A DNA stretch of 64,000 nucleotides from Macrostomum lignano (GCA_002269645.1 NIVC01002067.1:62001-126000), one strand, 5' to 3'; shown: positions 34,389 to 48,074, counted from the first letter of the stretch. The notes: generated by a model not told the origin, from the sequence alone. Made by a program: numbers and translations.

Positions 34389-36239
34389 GTTCTGGAATAT
34401 ACGTTATCAGACATCAGTATATATATTCTAGAACTGTCTTAGTTCCGCACGGATAAAATCTAATATAGTACTATGACAATATAAAAGCTATAATCTATTT
34501 AAACTTAATAAGCTATTTCTGTAATTTAAGCCAAATTAAGAAAACGACCGATCGATATCACAATTTTGCTGCTTACCTTGTTTCTTTTGCACTCGATGTG
34601 ACCTCAATCGCGATTTATCCATGAGAATAATCATAGAGACTGCGAGTCCATAAAACAGTATAATTTTTTACCAGTAGCTTTGTTTTGCTCTCTTAGGCGC
34701 GGCGTGGGATATTAAAACCAGTTCGATACAGCAGATTTTAGCTCCAAACTGAAAGCAGCTTTGAATTAAAAATGCAACGCAACTCCAACGTGGCAAAACT
34801 GTTTTTAGAACACGGCTTCACTGCTGCCGGTGCTTGTGCTGCGTTATTTGTATAGTTCCACGGCAGAGAGAGATCTTTTTAACTATATGCTTTACACTCA
34901 TCTAGAATAATCTAGACCCAATGTACACTCAGTGTTTTGTACACTGGCTATATGTACACTTAGACCCCTCCCCATTCCCGACCCACGGCGGAGGCGAGAG
35001 GTTTCCGATTGAAAAGAATGTACATTTTGAAAAAACCCTAACCCAGGTTTAGCTAGCGTCGAAGTTCCCTTTCGCTGACTAATAGCTAAACATGAAGCTA
35101 AACTGGTACAGGGTAGGCTATACGATTCTCGTATGAAGACAGAAGAATAGCTATTAACCTCTGCGATATAAAACTATATTAAAGAAACAAACTAAAGCAA
35201 GGATGTTATGCCTCAATTAAATTAATGTACACTCCTGAGTCCTGATACGATGAGAGTAATTCTGGTTAGATTTTGCGAAATTTTAATCTAATACATGTAA
35301 ATCATAGATGAAACAAACTGGTTTATAACGGAAGCGCAGATCTTGTTTAACTTAAATGAATCTGAGAGTCTGGTTTAACTAACTACTCACCGTCTGACAT
35401 GGCCTTGAACGCAATACACTGTAATCTATGGTTTCATTGTCTAGCAATTTGACGATCATAATTCACACTTTTAATGCAGAAAAATCCATTACTACAAGCA
35501 ACGCATTATCTGTAGGATCGTCAAACAGAAAAACAATGCAAATAATCAGTGGTCGCAGCACGTGACAACGATTGTCTGGCGAGCGCCGGTATAATTTCAT
35601 AATTATGTATTCCCCTTGACTAAAGATCAGATACGCTGTATTATATCCTTGTTTTTAATCGTTTTTAATCCTTGTCAGGCAGGAGCCATCAATTTCAAGA
35701 AAAAAATATTTTGCGTCTTTACTTGTGCCTGTGCGCGTGACACCCACGACCCGCTATTGGCCACCTCTCACCCTCCCTCACCTTCTCTTCTCTTTAATTG
35801 CGATAAACAGTGACATACACTGAAGAAGTCTATATACTAGTATATAGATAAGTAGGAGCTATAGAGAACAATCCCCTCCCTCTACTTTTCTGTTCGAACG
35901 AAGTTCGAGCGTACCAAACAAATAATGCATGGTTTACTGTTTTCTATCCAAATCTTTGTAGATAGACCAGCAGTGTTTTTTTAATGGAAACTAACTTCTG
36001 CTTGTGATTGTCTGTCTGGACCTGTGTTTGCTTCTTGGTCTGATAAACAATTACAAGGTTCTGACTATCAATTTTTAATTGATTAGATTTTAATATATGT
36101 ATGATCTTCAATGGTAGCGCTTGTGCACCATTAGTAAGAAAATAATGTGAGGCTTATATTCATGTTAGCCCCTGTTAGCAACCAAAGCCTATGGTTGCCT
36201 ATGGCGAAGCCAGGGATAGGGGAAAAAGGGGTCACAGTT

Positions 36240-36535
36240 GGCGCTCCTGGTGCTGGCGCCCCTGGTGCTGGCGCCCCTGGTGCTGGCGCCCCTGGTGCTG
36301 GCGCCCCTGGTGCTGGCGCCCTTGGTGCTGGCGCCCCTGGTGCTGGCGCCCCTGGTGCTGGCGCCCCTGGTGCTGGCGCCCCTGGTGCTGGCGCCCCTGG
36401 TGCTGGCGCCCCTGGTGCTGGCGCCCCTGGTGCTAAAAGCCCCTGGTGCTGGCGCCCCTGGTGCTAAAGCCCCTGGTGCTAAAGCCCCTGGTGCTAAAGC
36501 CCCTGGTGCTAAAGCCCCTGGTGCTGGCGCCCTGG
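36240..36535. repeat. 15-bp GC-rich tandem repeat
   Basis: Unit GGTGCTGGCGCCCCT, shifting to GGTGCTAAAGCCCCT near 36430-36520. Confidence 0.94.
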
Positions 36536-37080
36536 TGCAAAAGCTCCTAATGGTTACCAGAAAGGCCTAGTTGATGGGTCACGGCCGTCTCATTCAAGTG
36601 CTTAATTTGGTGTCAGAGTGTTTAATAAAAACCATTCCGACTTCGGTTGCATCTTGCATCTCTCACTTGATCATACTTGTACATGGAACTAAATTAGTTA
36701 GTTTTTTAGCAATAATAGTTGCATATATGATGCGATCATTTTCAATTTATTTTCCACATTACCAGGCAACGTGTTGATGTTTTATTCCGTCCAGGAAAAA
36801 GTATTGAAAAAGTTTTAAAGCATTCATGAAAGCTCAGTTGGCTCGACTGGAATACTTTTTTACAGTCTGCCTGGGCAGTGAAAATGCTTGGATAAATGCA
36901 ATGCTGTTTGGTTACTTACTATGTTACAATTTTACGACTGCTAATCCTGCGGCGTGTGTGCTGACCCTGGGTTGGAGTCATAAAAAGGTTAATTTTTTCA
37001 TATGCAGAATTATTTTTAGATTCTAGACCGGTATAGTGTTTGATTTTCTTAAAATGAAAGACAAAAATAGTTTTGGTACC

Positions 37081-39201
37081 TTAATACACAGCCATGAGAG
37101 ACTGACTGGCCCACCTTCTCATAAAACTGCTGCTCTCCATCCTACCGAATTGTGTTCTCTTGTGCCTCTCGTGCAGTCTGTTATTCAAGTGCACAGCTCC
37201 TTCTAGCTGCACAGCTTTCAGCCTACGCACATTTTGCCCAACCCTATCATCAGTGCTATAATAGGGTTCTATGTACACTCGTTCTTTACTGTACTAAAGC
37301 AAAGCCTCCGTTTATTATTGCGGCTGAACTTTTTGCAAGTTCCACATTTCGTTGTACACCATGGAGCTTGGAGCCTGTTAGATAGCGCCTCTTGGTTTCA
37401 AACTGAAGTACCTTATTTATTCACGTGCCTAACTAATTCACGTCTCCAGGGGTGCAAACTTTGCTGATTGACGGCCAGTGTGTGTGTGGGGGGGCGTTGT
37501 TGGGCATTTTTGACATGGCATATTGATGAGTTGGGTTGCGTGTGGTAAGTCAGGACTTATTCATTTGAATAACTTCACATGCATGTAGCTGGAGACAGTG
37601 CCTATACAGATATAAATCTAAGACAGGGTTTAAAGTGCAAGCAAAGGTCTGGAAAATATAACTTCATGTACCTTAGTTGTCGTTCTTCATTGAACCCCCT
37701 CCCCCTTGACAAACCTTGATATCCTCCGTGACAATTCCTAATTGTGTCTTGTATTCTTCCGTGTCAAGAGCGGCCATGCAGCGATCGCTTGGAAAAGCAA
37801 GCTGGTTTCTGCTATACGGCGAGTAACGTGCAGGCCATCGCAGAACACGATGGCACAAACAGATGACACAAACGATGACACAAACGATGACACAAACGAT
37901 GACACAAACGATGACACAAACGATGACACAAACAGATGACACAAACGATGACACAAACAGATGACACAAACGATGACACAAACGATGACACAAACAGATG
38001 ACACAAACGATGACACAAACGATGACACAAACGATGGCAACACACGATGGCACACACGATGACACACGATGACACACGATGGCACACACGATGACACAAA
38101 CGATGGCACACACGATGGCATACACGATGACACACGATGGCACACACGATGACACACACGATGACACACACGATGTCACACACGATGGCACACACGATGA
38201 CACACACGATGGCACACACGATGACACAAACGATGGCACACACGATGGTACACACGATGGTACACACGATGGTACACACGATGGCACACACGATGACACA
38301 CACGATGGTACAAACGATGGCACCAAAACGAGGACACACACGATGGCACACACGATGGCACACACGATGGCACACACGATGGCAACACACGATGGTACAC
38401 ACGATGGCACACACGATGACACACACGATGGCACACACGATGGCACACACGATGGTACACACGATGGTACACACGATGGCACACATGATGGAACACACGA
38501 TGGCACACACGATGGCACACACGATGGCACCAAAACGAGGACACACATGATGACACGAACGATGACACCCCAGGATGACACCCACAATGACTGCTACCAG
38601 AGGGCGGTGTTTGTTCCAGGCGTCAGTCTTGCTCTATATCACCGAGACTGGACGCTGACGGACTCACTCGAGCAGCACGTTGACGCGACGCACGCTGGCC
38701 TGTTTCACGCCGCCTTCAAGATCGTTGACGAGCATGCCACCACGGCCAATGCAGCACTCCATCGCCGCGTTGGTCTGGTCCGTCCAAACGACCTGTTGCA
38801 CCGTCGAGGACTCCAGCTGGCAGGGCCACATCATCGAAATTCGTGCTGCCCACAGTGCAGGTACCGCTGTTGACGCTGCAGGCACCCTACCGGCGAGGAC
38901 AGGTGCGCACTCGACGTTTCGTCGACTCCCTGCTGGTGGACGCTGCCACGGTCTGTGTCAGGATTACATGTAAGTTCACGATCAAGCCCCGTGACGCTGT
39001 TATGATTATTTAGACCTTACCTGACATCCTACTGTTTTTTGTTGTTATTGCTGTGACGGCCCTGAACCTTTCCGTGACAACCCAAGCAACCCTGATGTCC
39101 CCCATGGCCGTCCTTGACAACCTTGAATGTCTTCCGTAGCGCTTGAAAACCGTGATATCGTCTGTGGTGCCCTCGAAAACCGGAGGTTCTCCGTTCTCCA
39201 T
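37081..39201 (-). CDS. Unidentified multi-exon gene candidate
   Basis: Phase-consistent chain 39201-39021, 38952-38891, 38816-38668, 37808-37715 and 37293-(37145 or 37081). Donors gtaagg, gtaggg, gtgagt and gtttgt. Codons are GC3-rich in 38816-38668. No family recognised. Confidence 0.4.
37850..38580. repeat. 12-bp minisatellite within the intron of the unidentified gene
   Basis: GATGACACAAAC / GATGGCACACAC variants. Confidence 0.93.
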
Positions 39202-40044
39202 GGCATCTTTGATGTCCTCCGTGGCGCCCTTGACAACTCAAATTTCCCACATGGCATCCTTAACAACCCGAGGTCCTCTGTGACGTCCTTGATTCACCCG
39301 TGGCGTCCCTGGCAGGAATCCTGATTCTTCTTCCATTACAACCCTGGAGTCTTCCGTGGCGTCCCTGGCAAGTCTTACATGTACGTCCGATCTGCAATGT
39401 CCTCAATGGTCGGCTTCCCTGAACAGCTAAGCGACAAGTTGACAATTGCTACGAGCTAAAAGAAACAAAATCTTTTTATTTAATATTGATACATAACTAT
39501 AACACGTCCGACTAATAGATGTAATTCGATTGCTTTTCCTAACTCAGATTTGGTACTGAAGAAATATACTACTCTTAGTAATATAACTAAGAAATTCCAA
39601 CTAACTAAATTCGGATATTCAACAGAGTTCGAATTGTTAGCAAAATGCAAAAGTCCTGCCAATCATATTTTCGTCTGCTCTTGCATTGCAGATCCTTCCT
39701 ATTTTCTCAACCATCACTGCACCTGTCTTGGCTGTCTAGGAGTGTAACAATTCCTGTGACGAATGCTGACAAAAATTCAACAGCTAAGACTGAGAGAGGA
39801 AACTATAATACTCAGCAACATTGAAAAGCCGCCATCACAGAAGATTCCGTCTGTGGTCGCCACTTTTGAGAGTGCAGGTAAAGTATCAATCTTGCGAGTG
39901 ACGCAACTCAGCTACGCCACGCGGCAGACTTGAGTTGAGGAATGAACTGGGGGGAGCGGGTGTGCGAGGGTTGGACGGATTAAAGCTACCCTGATCAGTT
40001 TTCTCGTATCTTTTATTTCAAGCCGGTCTTTACCAGCCCTAAAT

Positions 40045-40395
40045 GTCACTCCATGGCATCCTTAGCAACCCCGATGATGTCACTCCTTGTCCATGGCATC
40101 CTTAGCAACCCCGATGTCACTCCATGTCCATGGCATCCTTAGCAACCCCGATGATGTCACTCCATGTCCATGGCATCCTTAGCAACCCCGATGTCACTCC
40201 ATGTCCATGGCATCCTTAGCAACCCCGATGATGTCACTCCATGTCCATGGCATCCTTAGCAACCCCGATGTCACTCCATGTCCATGGCATCCTTAGCAAC
40301 CCCGATGATGTCACTCCATGTCCATGGCATCCTTAGCAACCCCGATGTCACTCCATGTCCATGGCATCCTTAGCAACCCCGATGTCACTCCAGGG
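40045..40395. repeat. 37/40-bp alternating minisatellite
   Basis: CATGGCATCCTTAGCAACCCCGATG(ATG)TCACTCCATGTC. Confidence 0.93.
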
Positions 40396-40753
40396 CGTCG
40401 CTAGCAACCATGATGATCATATAGTAACCCCTGATCTGTAGATCCGTTAGTCCATTCCGTGGCTTCGAATGCAATTATCGTACGTCGGTAACAGATTAAT
40501 TCATTTCCGAAAAATACGACAGAAAATGAAGTATTGAATCACTTTGTTTGTTTTGTCAATTTTCGATAAAATGTGAAGAAAATCATTAAATAAATCAATG
40601 ACTGTTTATTGATAAATAGTGACTAAAAATCATGCTACTTCAAACGCGTTAATAAACTGCAAATCGCAAATCAAAACAAGAAAAATGATTCTTCTCTTTC
40701 AGACCGTCGTCAGAAAAGCACCAAAAATAAAATAAACGGTTACTAAGCTACTA

Positions 40754-43203
40754 TTAGTAGTCAGAATCCACATCGCGACAGAAGCCATCCTCTCGAATGT
40801 AGCTTAATTCTTTCCCAGACTGGGTCACCATGGAGCCAAGAGCCCCCGTGTGGCCGGTGCGAAATGCTCGCAGCTTCAGCGAGGACGCAAACTCCGTCTG
40901 AAGTTGAGCAGAAGGGGGTTGGCCGGGATTGCTTGGTGAGACTTCAGCGACTTTTAACGTATTTAAAGTGCAAATGAATCCAATATTTGTCGTAGTTTAG
41001 TTATCAGATAAAATAACCACTCTCCCGTCTTTCACTCTCCTCTCTACCTCTCCTCTTTACCTCTCCCTCTCACCTCTCCTCGCTCCCTCTACCTCTCTCC
41101 TCTCTTCTCTTCTCTCCCTGTCCTACTCTAACCTCTACTTTCCCCATTCCTCTCTCTACCTCTTCCCACTCTCCTCTCCTCTCTACCTCTTCTCTCCTCT
41201 TGACCTCTCCCACTCTCCTCTCTTCTCTACCTCTTCTCTCCTCTCAACCTCCCCCACTCTCCTTTCTATCGCTCCCAATCTCCTCTTGACCTCTCCCACT
41301 CTCCTCTCTACCTCTCCCTCTCTCCTCTCTACCTCTCCCTCTCTCCTCTCTACCTCTCCCTCTCTCCTCACCTCTCCCTCTCTCCTCACCTCTCCCTCTC
41401 TCCTCACCTTTCTACCTTTCTACCTCTCCCACTCTCTTCTCTTCTCTACCCCTTCTCTCCTCTCAACCTCCCCCACTCTCCTCTCTATCTCTCCCACTAT
41501 CCTCTCTCAACCTCTTCTACTATCCTCTCTCAACCTCTCCCACTCTCCTATCTATCGCTCCAAATCTCCTCTCTACCTCTCCCACTCTCCTCTCTACCCC
41601 CCACTCTTCTCTACCTCCCACACTATCTTTTCTACTTCTCCCAATCATCTCTCCTCTCTATACCCCACTCTTCTCTACCTCTCCCACTTTTCCTCTATCT
41701 TTCCACTCTCTTCCCTCTACTATACTCGTAAATATTTCACCTCTTTTACATGCTTCCAAAATGTTTCCAAAGTCATACGACGCAACCTCGATGACCAAAG
41801 AGCCATTTTAAAACTCACCCCAAGCAGTTTTTGTCTCAGATTGAAGGCAAAAAGTTCTCTGAGCACTTTTGCGCGCCAGAAGTTACAGCCTAAATAGACT
41901 CGAGCAATCCCGCTTGTCCTGATGCCGTGATGCACGAAATATGCGCTCCAGCGGGCAAACCAACTGGCTAGGCGGAGCGCCTTCTGTTCTCTGGTGAGTC
42001 CGTCTGCGAATGGGAAGATGCAGATTGAAATAGGAAAAAGTCTGATTCATTTAGATTTAGGGAAATTTTGATTGGGATTTCGATTGACTTCCATAGGGAT
42101 TTGAGTTGATTCTAATTGGGATTCAGGCAGATTTTAAATGGGATTTGGGGTGGTTCTAATTGGGATTTGGGCTAATTCTAATTAGGATTTGGGCTGATTC
42201 TAATTGGGATTTGGGGTGATTCTAATTGGGATTTGGGCTGATTCTAATTGGGATTTGGGGTGATTCTACTTGGGATTTGGGGTGATTCTAATTGGGATTT
42301 GGGCTGATTCTAATTGGGATTTGGGCTGATTCTAATTGGGATTTGGGCTAATTCTAATTAGGATTTGGGCTGATTCTAATTGGGATTTGGGGTGATTCTA
42401 ATTGGGATTTGGGCTGATTCTAATTGGGATTTGGGGTGATTCTACTTGGGATTTGGGGTGATTCTAATTGGGATTTGGGGTGATTCTACTTGGGATTTGG
42501 GGTGATTCTAATTGGGATTTGGGCTGATTCTAATTGGGATTTGGGCTGATTCTAATTGGGATTTGGGCTGATTCTAATTGGGATTTGGGGTGATTCTACT
42601 TGGGATTTGGGGTGATTCTAATTGGGATTTGGGGTGATTCTACTTGGGATTTGGGGTGATTCTAATTGGGATTTGAGTTGATTCTAATTGGGATTTGGGC
42701 TGATTCTAATTGGGATTTGGGCTGATTCTAATTGGGATTTGGGTTGATTCTAATTGGGATTTGGGCTGATTCTAATTGGGATTTGGGGTGATTCTAATTG
42801 GGATTTGGGGTGATTACAATTGGGATTTGGGTTGATTCTAATTGGGATTTTCTGCGCCAATAAATTGACATTGGAGTGATCTTCATTGATGTGGAATGAC
42901 CGCTCACCCAGGTGCTCGGGCCGCATGTCAAAGTCCCCGAGCCGACTGTCCAGAGCTTCGATGGGCCCCGCCCGCTCCGCCAGCCCCGTGATCTCATCAT
43001 AGTCGCTGGTGCCCAGCACCAGGGCGCTTAGCCCGAGGAATGCTTTGCCACCGTGCATCATGATGTGGTCCTGGCACTTGCTGCCGTCCGGGTACAGCTG
43101 GGTGGGTGGATTAGATTAAATAGATTAGATTCGATAGATGGATAGATAGATCGATAGATAAATAGACAGACAGACAGACAGGCAGGCAGGCAGGCAGGCA
43201 GGC

Positions 43204-43284
<81 letters not shown>

Positions 43285-43796
43285 GTCAGACAGCCCTCAC
43301 TAACCAGAGTCAGTCCGTTTCCCGACCCTGAGAACACATATAGAGCAGGCAGGGGCACATCTTCATCCAGCGGTGTCAGAAATTCGTCATCATAGAAAAC
43401 ATCGGCAGCTGGGGCCTGCTTGATCAGCCAGATGCAGCCGCGGGCTTGGCCAACTAGTTCGTCAACAAATATCGGTTGTTGAACCCGAAGTTTGTCGCAG
43501 ATTTTCTCTTGGTGCAGGGCAGAACCGCCGCCAGTGAGGGCGATGGTTCGAGTCCCATTTTCAGGGTCAGCGGGCAGTGTGTTGGCAAGCCAGTCCAACA
43601 CTGCATCGAATTGGCTATTTTTGGCCAGGGCAAATGTAATTTTGAACTTGTCAGTTGCCTGCTGTTTCGATGGCGGTTGCACTACCACTATTACAATCTT
43701 AGTTGATGAGCATCCTCTATCCAGTGAGCACAGACAATTGAGCTCGCCAAGTAGCTCAATAGGGAGCTGAATTTCCAGTTGAGTTTGAATCAGCAT
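40754..43796 (-). CDS. Highly divergent type II (fumble) pantothenate-kinase-like protein, 4 exons, ~336 aa
   Basis: Exons 43796-43305, 43097-42908, 42003-41819 and 40897-40754, GT-AG and phase-consistent, 1011 nt. Motifs colinear with PanK II: SLDRGCSSTK (~DIGGTLVK), LTGGGS (~TGGGA), VDELVG (~DELDC), VFSGSG (~NIGSG), HGGKAFLGLSALVLG (~GGGTFLGLCCLLTG), VYLGCNF (~VFVGNF), GHTGALG (~GYFGAVG). Confidence 0.78.
41030..41720. repeat. CT-rich low-complexity tract (PanK-like intron 3)
   Basis: CTCTCCCACTCTCCTCT-type degenerate repeats. Confidence 0.85.
42065..42850. repeat. 22-bp minisatellite (PanK-like intron 2)
   Basis: Unit GGGATTTGGGSTGATTCTAATT. Confidence 0.94.
43125..43290. repeat. Compound GATA/GACA/GGCA microsatellite (PanK-like intron 1)
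   Basis: (GATA)n(GACA)n(GGCA)n(GACA)n. Confidence 0.93.
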
Positions 43797-43969
43797 TGAT
43801 CAGTCAAGTCCAAACAATTATGTGCATGAAGGGTGGATTTTTAGTTTTATGCAATTACAACCTGTTGAAACTTGCGGATTTTGAACCCGCTGAATTCAAA
43901 TCCGTGGAACTTATTTTTGCATGCATTGCAACAAAAATTGGAGTAAAAGCGCGTTTAATTAAGATTTGA

Positions 43970-44510
43970 GGTCCCTCCTCTTCTCACTCTTCTCATCCGT
44001 CTCCTCTTTTCTCTTATCCACCCTCTCTCCTTTCTTCTCTACTCTTTTACCTTTACTCTCCTCTCTCCTCTCTACTCTCTCGTTTTTCCTCTCGCCTCTC
44101 TTCTCGCTCTCCAATCTGCTCTCTCATCTTATCTTTCCACTTCAATCACTCATCGCTTCTCTCTTCTCTCTCGTCTCTCATTTCTCTTCCCTTTTCTCTT
44201 TCCTGTCTCCTCTCTACTTTCTCCTGTCTACCCTCTTCTCTCTCCTCTTCTCTTTGCTCTCTCATATCTAATCTCTCCTCTCCTCTCCCCTCTCCCCTTT
44301 TATATCACCCTTCTGTCCTTTCCCCTTATCTGCCCTCCCCTCAGTCTTCTCTCCCTCCCTTTTCCCTTTCTCCCCCTGTCCTCTCCATTCTCTATCCTAG
44401 TCTCTTTCCTCTCCTCCCCTCTCTCCTCTCTTATATCTAATCTTTTGTCTTCTCTCTCCTCTCTCTTCACTTCTCTTTCGTCTCTGCTCTCTATTTTCTC
44501 GTCCCTCTCA
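43970..44510. repeat. CT-rich low-complexity tract
   Basis: Polypyrimidine degenerate repeats. Confidence 0.8.
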
Positions 44511-47500
44511 TCTGCTTGCTCATTTGCTCGTGTTTAAACATAAAGAAATGAATAAAGTTTAAAACCACTAAGGCAATGCTTAGAGTTGATTCTTAAGTTT
44601 ATAATGTGCCATAAAAACACTATTTTATTGTTTCATTTTTTAATCATTCTTTGTAAAGTAATGCTAAACTAGAAAAAAGAAGTATAAACTTTTAAGGCTA
44701 CTAAACACTAGTCACGATAAAAATTTGTAGTTTTTCGTTTTTATGACTCCTAAAGTCTTCTATACTGTGTATGACTAGCCTACTTTTAATTTATTACTAA
44801 AGGTACCACAACAAAAATTCAGCGAGCATAATATGCAACAAATTTTTATATTCTTCCTAGTATTAAACTGAAGGCTTAATATAATAACTAAGTGAAAATG
44901 TAATTTAGCATACACATACACATTTCCAGCCTATTTGGAAGATTCTACTAGCCCACAACTTTTTGAAACTCATATCTTAATCTGTTTTGAATCTGATTCT
45001 GATACCGATCGCTACAGGCTGAATTAAGATAAGCAGTAAAAAAGTAAAAACAAGCAAGTTTAGAAAATACGCTTTAAATGCGAAGATAATTTTTTTTAAA
45101 ATGTTGCAATGTGATGGCCTGAACCATCCTATTTGCCATCAGGCTATCAGCCTGAATCTCGATGTCGATCGCTTAATTACTAAGATATTTTATACTAAGT
45201 TAAAATCGCTCTCAAAATAACTATGCCAGTAAAACAAGTAACGTATTCAAAATTGTTATATTGGCAATGTATCAATCCATTTCTACCATAAATTATTAAA
45301 TTAATTTTCGTTTATACTGTAAAATATTGTAAAAACAAGTAAGCTATTCTTGCCACTAACAAGGAACAATTATCATTATCTTTTTCAGAAATGTGGTATA
45401 TACGGCAATGTAATTGATCATATTGGCGTATTCATAAGAGCAAATGTAACACACTTCGTCATTATGCTGTTGAGATGAGATCTCAGTGCCGATATAGACC
45501 TACTATATTTTTATTAGTAGTCCTAGTGTTTGCTACGACTGTACCCCACACACATTCTAGCAAGTCTGCTTGTAAGTATCTGACATTGACATCTAGATAT
45601 CATGTGTAGCGATTAAATTAAAACTAGTAATACTTATAGTATGGCAGTGGTAGCATGCATATTTGGGTTATTACTACATGTAGTGGGTAGTTAGGTGCCT
45701 ATCCCAGATTCCTAGGGCTAGGGCTAGGCAAAAACCAACTTAGGTCACATTTAACCAATACATATTCAATTTTTAAAAGTTAGCCTAGGCTAGGCCTAAT
45801 AATAGTTGAATAATGAATTGACATTTTTGCCTAGGCAGCTAGCAGTGGCGGATCCAGAGGGAGGGTGGAGGGGCAGTTCCAGAGGAATAACAATGCTAGA
45901 AGATTGGTAGCTCCCCCTCAATAGTCAATACTAGTAGCCAACCAGTAATAGCTGTGGTGGTCTTAGTGTATGGTGGTCTTGTCATGCACCCAGTGACCAA
46001 AGATACAAAGAAAGAATAAAAATATATAAGTCTAAAGAGAAATTATAACATTAGGCCTACAAATGTATTTGAATTTACCTAAATAGGGGCCTAAATAATA
46101 AATATTTTTGTTTATGATGATAATCATACAATGTAACAACTTCTTACCAATGAACTTTAATAATTAACTCTATACTAAATCTCTAAGGTTTGTTTGTATG
46201 CTTGTCCATAACGCTCTAGAGATTGCAATTCTCGACCGATTTCGATCGCGTTTTCGCCAAAAGATTTGTAATCAGCCTGGGATTGTATGGTTAAAATAAT
46301 TAACTAAAATTGTAAACTTTATTGCTTGCACATAAGCATCAATTGCTTTGATTCACTTAACTTCTTTCCTAACCTTTTGTAACTTAACTTTCTACTGTAC
46401 TTGCTAATGCTATTGAAACAACCTTTTTTGTATTTTATTATTAACTTATTAGCCTTCAGGTTTCAAATAAATAAGTTACTTCTTTTACTATATGTTTACT
46501 TTTAGTAGTATTAAGCATACAAGCTTTTAAAATAATTATTTTACTTTTTAACTTGTAAATTGCTTAGATGGCCTCTGTATTTTGCTATAAAAATAGAAAA
46601 GCAGACTATGCATTATGAAGTGTGTTTTGGAAAAAAGTATAAGGTTTCTATATTTTCTATGTTAACTTTATTGGATTAACAGTAGGAATACCAAGCCATT
46701 TTTCTGCCCGTTGAACTACCAAGGGAGGGGGGAAATTTCCCCCCCCTGACAATTTTTTTTGCTGCGCCGGAACGGAGCAACGCAGGCACATGAAATTCAA
46801 GAACATGGGCTAACTTTTTGTTGCGCACCTTCTCAAACAAGAATCAAGTCGCCAGCCCTTCAGACTGTCGAGATATTCGACGATTCTGCCAAAAGGTCGG
46901 ATTTTTCCTATAAGCGCTAGTGTATTCAGTATACCCCTGTGCGCTAATCAGCACTGCGCCTCAGTGCAGCCTTGCTAAGTCTCCAAATTTCATCAGCACG
47001 TTGACCACATGTGTCTGCATCAGTTCTGACTTCGTTGGTCACTAGCCTTCACTCAGGTGGAGCTTCTGGACCCTCAACAGCTGTGGCACCAGGTGACTAT
47101 GGACACCCTGATGCGGATTTCTCTAGTTTTGCCGATCAAGCCTCAACAGTGGGCAAGAATCAGTCGCCAGACATTCTCAGCTAGTCTCTCAAGCATTCCA
47201 TCATCATTCCGACGCTATTGGCTCCTTCAACAGATTACACCAGGTGACTATGGACAGCCTGATAAGAATTTCTCTAGTTTTGCTGATCAAGCCTCGACAG
47301 TGGGCAAAAATCAACTGCTGGACATCCTCAGCTAGTCAGTCAAGCATTCAGCCATCACCCCGACGCCGTTGGCACCTTCAACAGGTGGCACCTGTACTTG
47401 CTGTACTTGTACTTTACTTGCTTACAAAGTTTGCCTTTTGTGAAATTTTTTGCAGTTTTTTAGAAAATAAGTTTGAGTCTATGAATGAAATCAAATAAGA

Positions 47501-48074
47501 AACTTAAATCTAATGAAATTTGAATTTATTTGGCAAAGTTAAATGGAACTAGTATTAAAACACAATATTAGAATGAAAAATAATTAAGTTTTTGGCAACA
47601 AAGGTGTTGAAAGAATGTCAATTTTAAAACCATTTTGTGACAGCATATACTCATAAAATATGTGCTCTCATAATTAGAAGATTATAAATTGTCCATCATC
47701 CAGCTCTCACTGATCTTTGGACCAGTTTGATCCACTTGATTCAGTTTTATCATCAGATTTGGGGGAGCAGTCAATGCAATAGTTGGTTTTTGACTTTGCT
47801 GAATGGGGTGATGGTTGTTCTGCTTTTAAGGCTGAGAATCCAACTGAATACTTGCTTGCTTTCTGGATTGGGAGCTCGGCTTTGCTGTCGCCGCTGGCGG
47901 CACTTTTCCCGCTGATAGTCGCGATGGTGTCTGTGACATTAGAAATAAAACAAAAAAATTACTGCATGCACATTTTATCTTACTGACAGTTGTATTTAAT
48001 GCTTAGCAATCATCATTCATCGTTCATTATTGAGTTTAGATATGTTTTTTATTCACTAGGGAAAAGAAGATAAA

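Noticed and set aside
35030-35050. CCCTAACCC telomere-like motif (also near 18925)
   Set aside because: It is a single unit, not an array.
36147-36570. (GAPGA)n elastin- or silk-like ORF
   Set aside because: The 15-bp repeat is open in all three frames with no synonymous variation. The period is 5 aa, not collagen Gly-X-Y, and the same core occurs as a 17-bp non-triplet array at 27915.
45840-45880. CAGTGGCGGATCCAG, resembling a hAT-type MITE terminus
   Set aside because: I found no matching opposite TIR or TSD by eye.
46700-47000. GC-richer island (CCCGTTGAACTACCAAGGGAGGGGG...) resembling a non-autonomous DNA transposon end
   Set aside because: Its partner end and target duplication could not be located.
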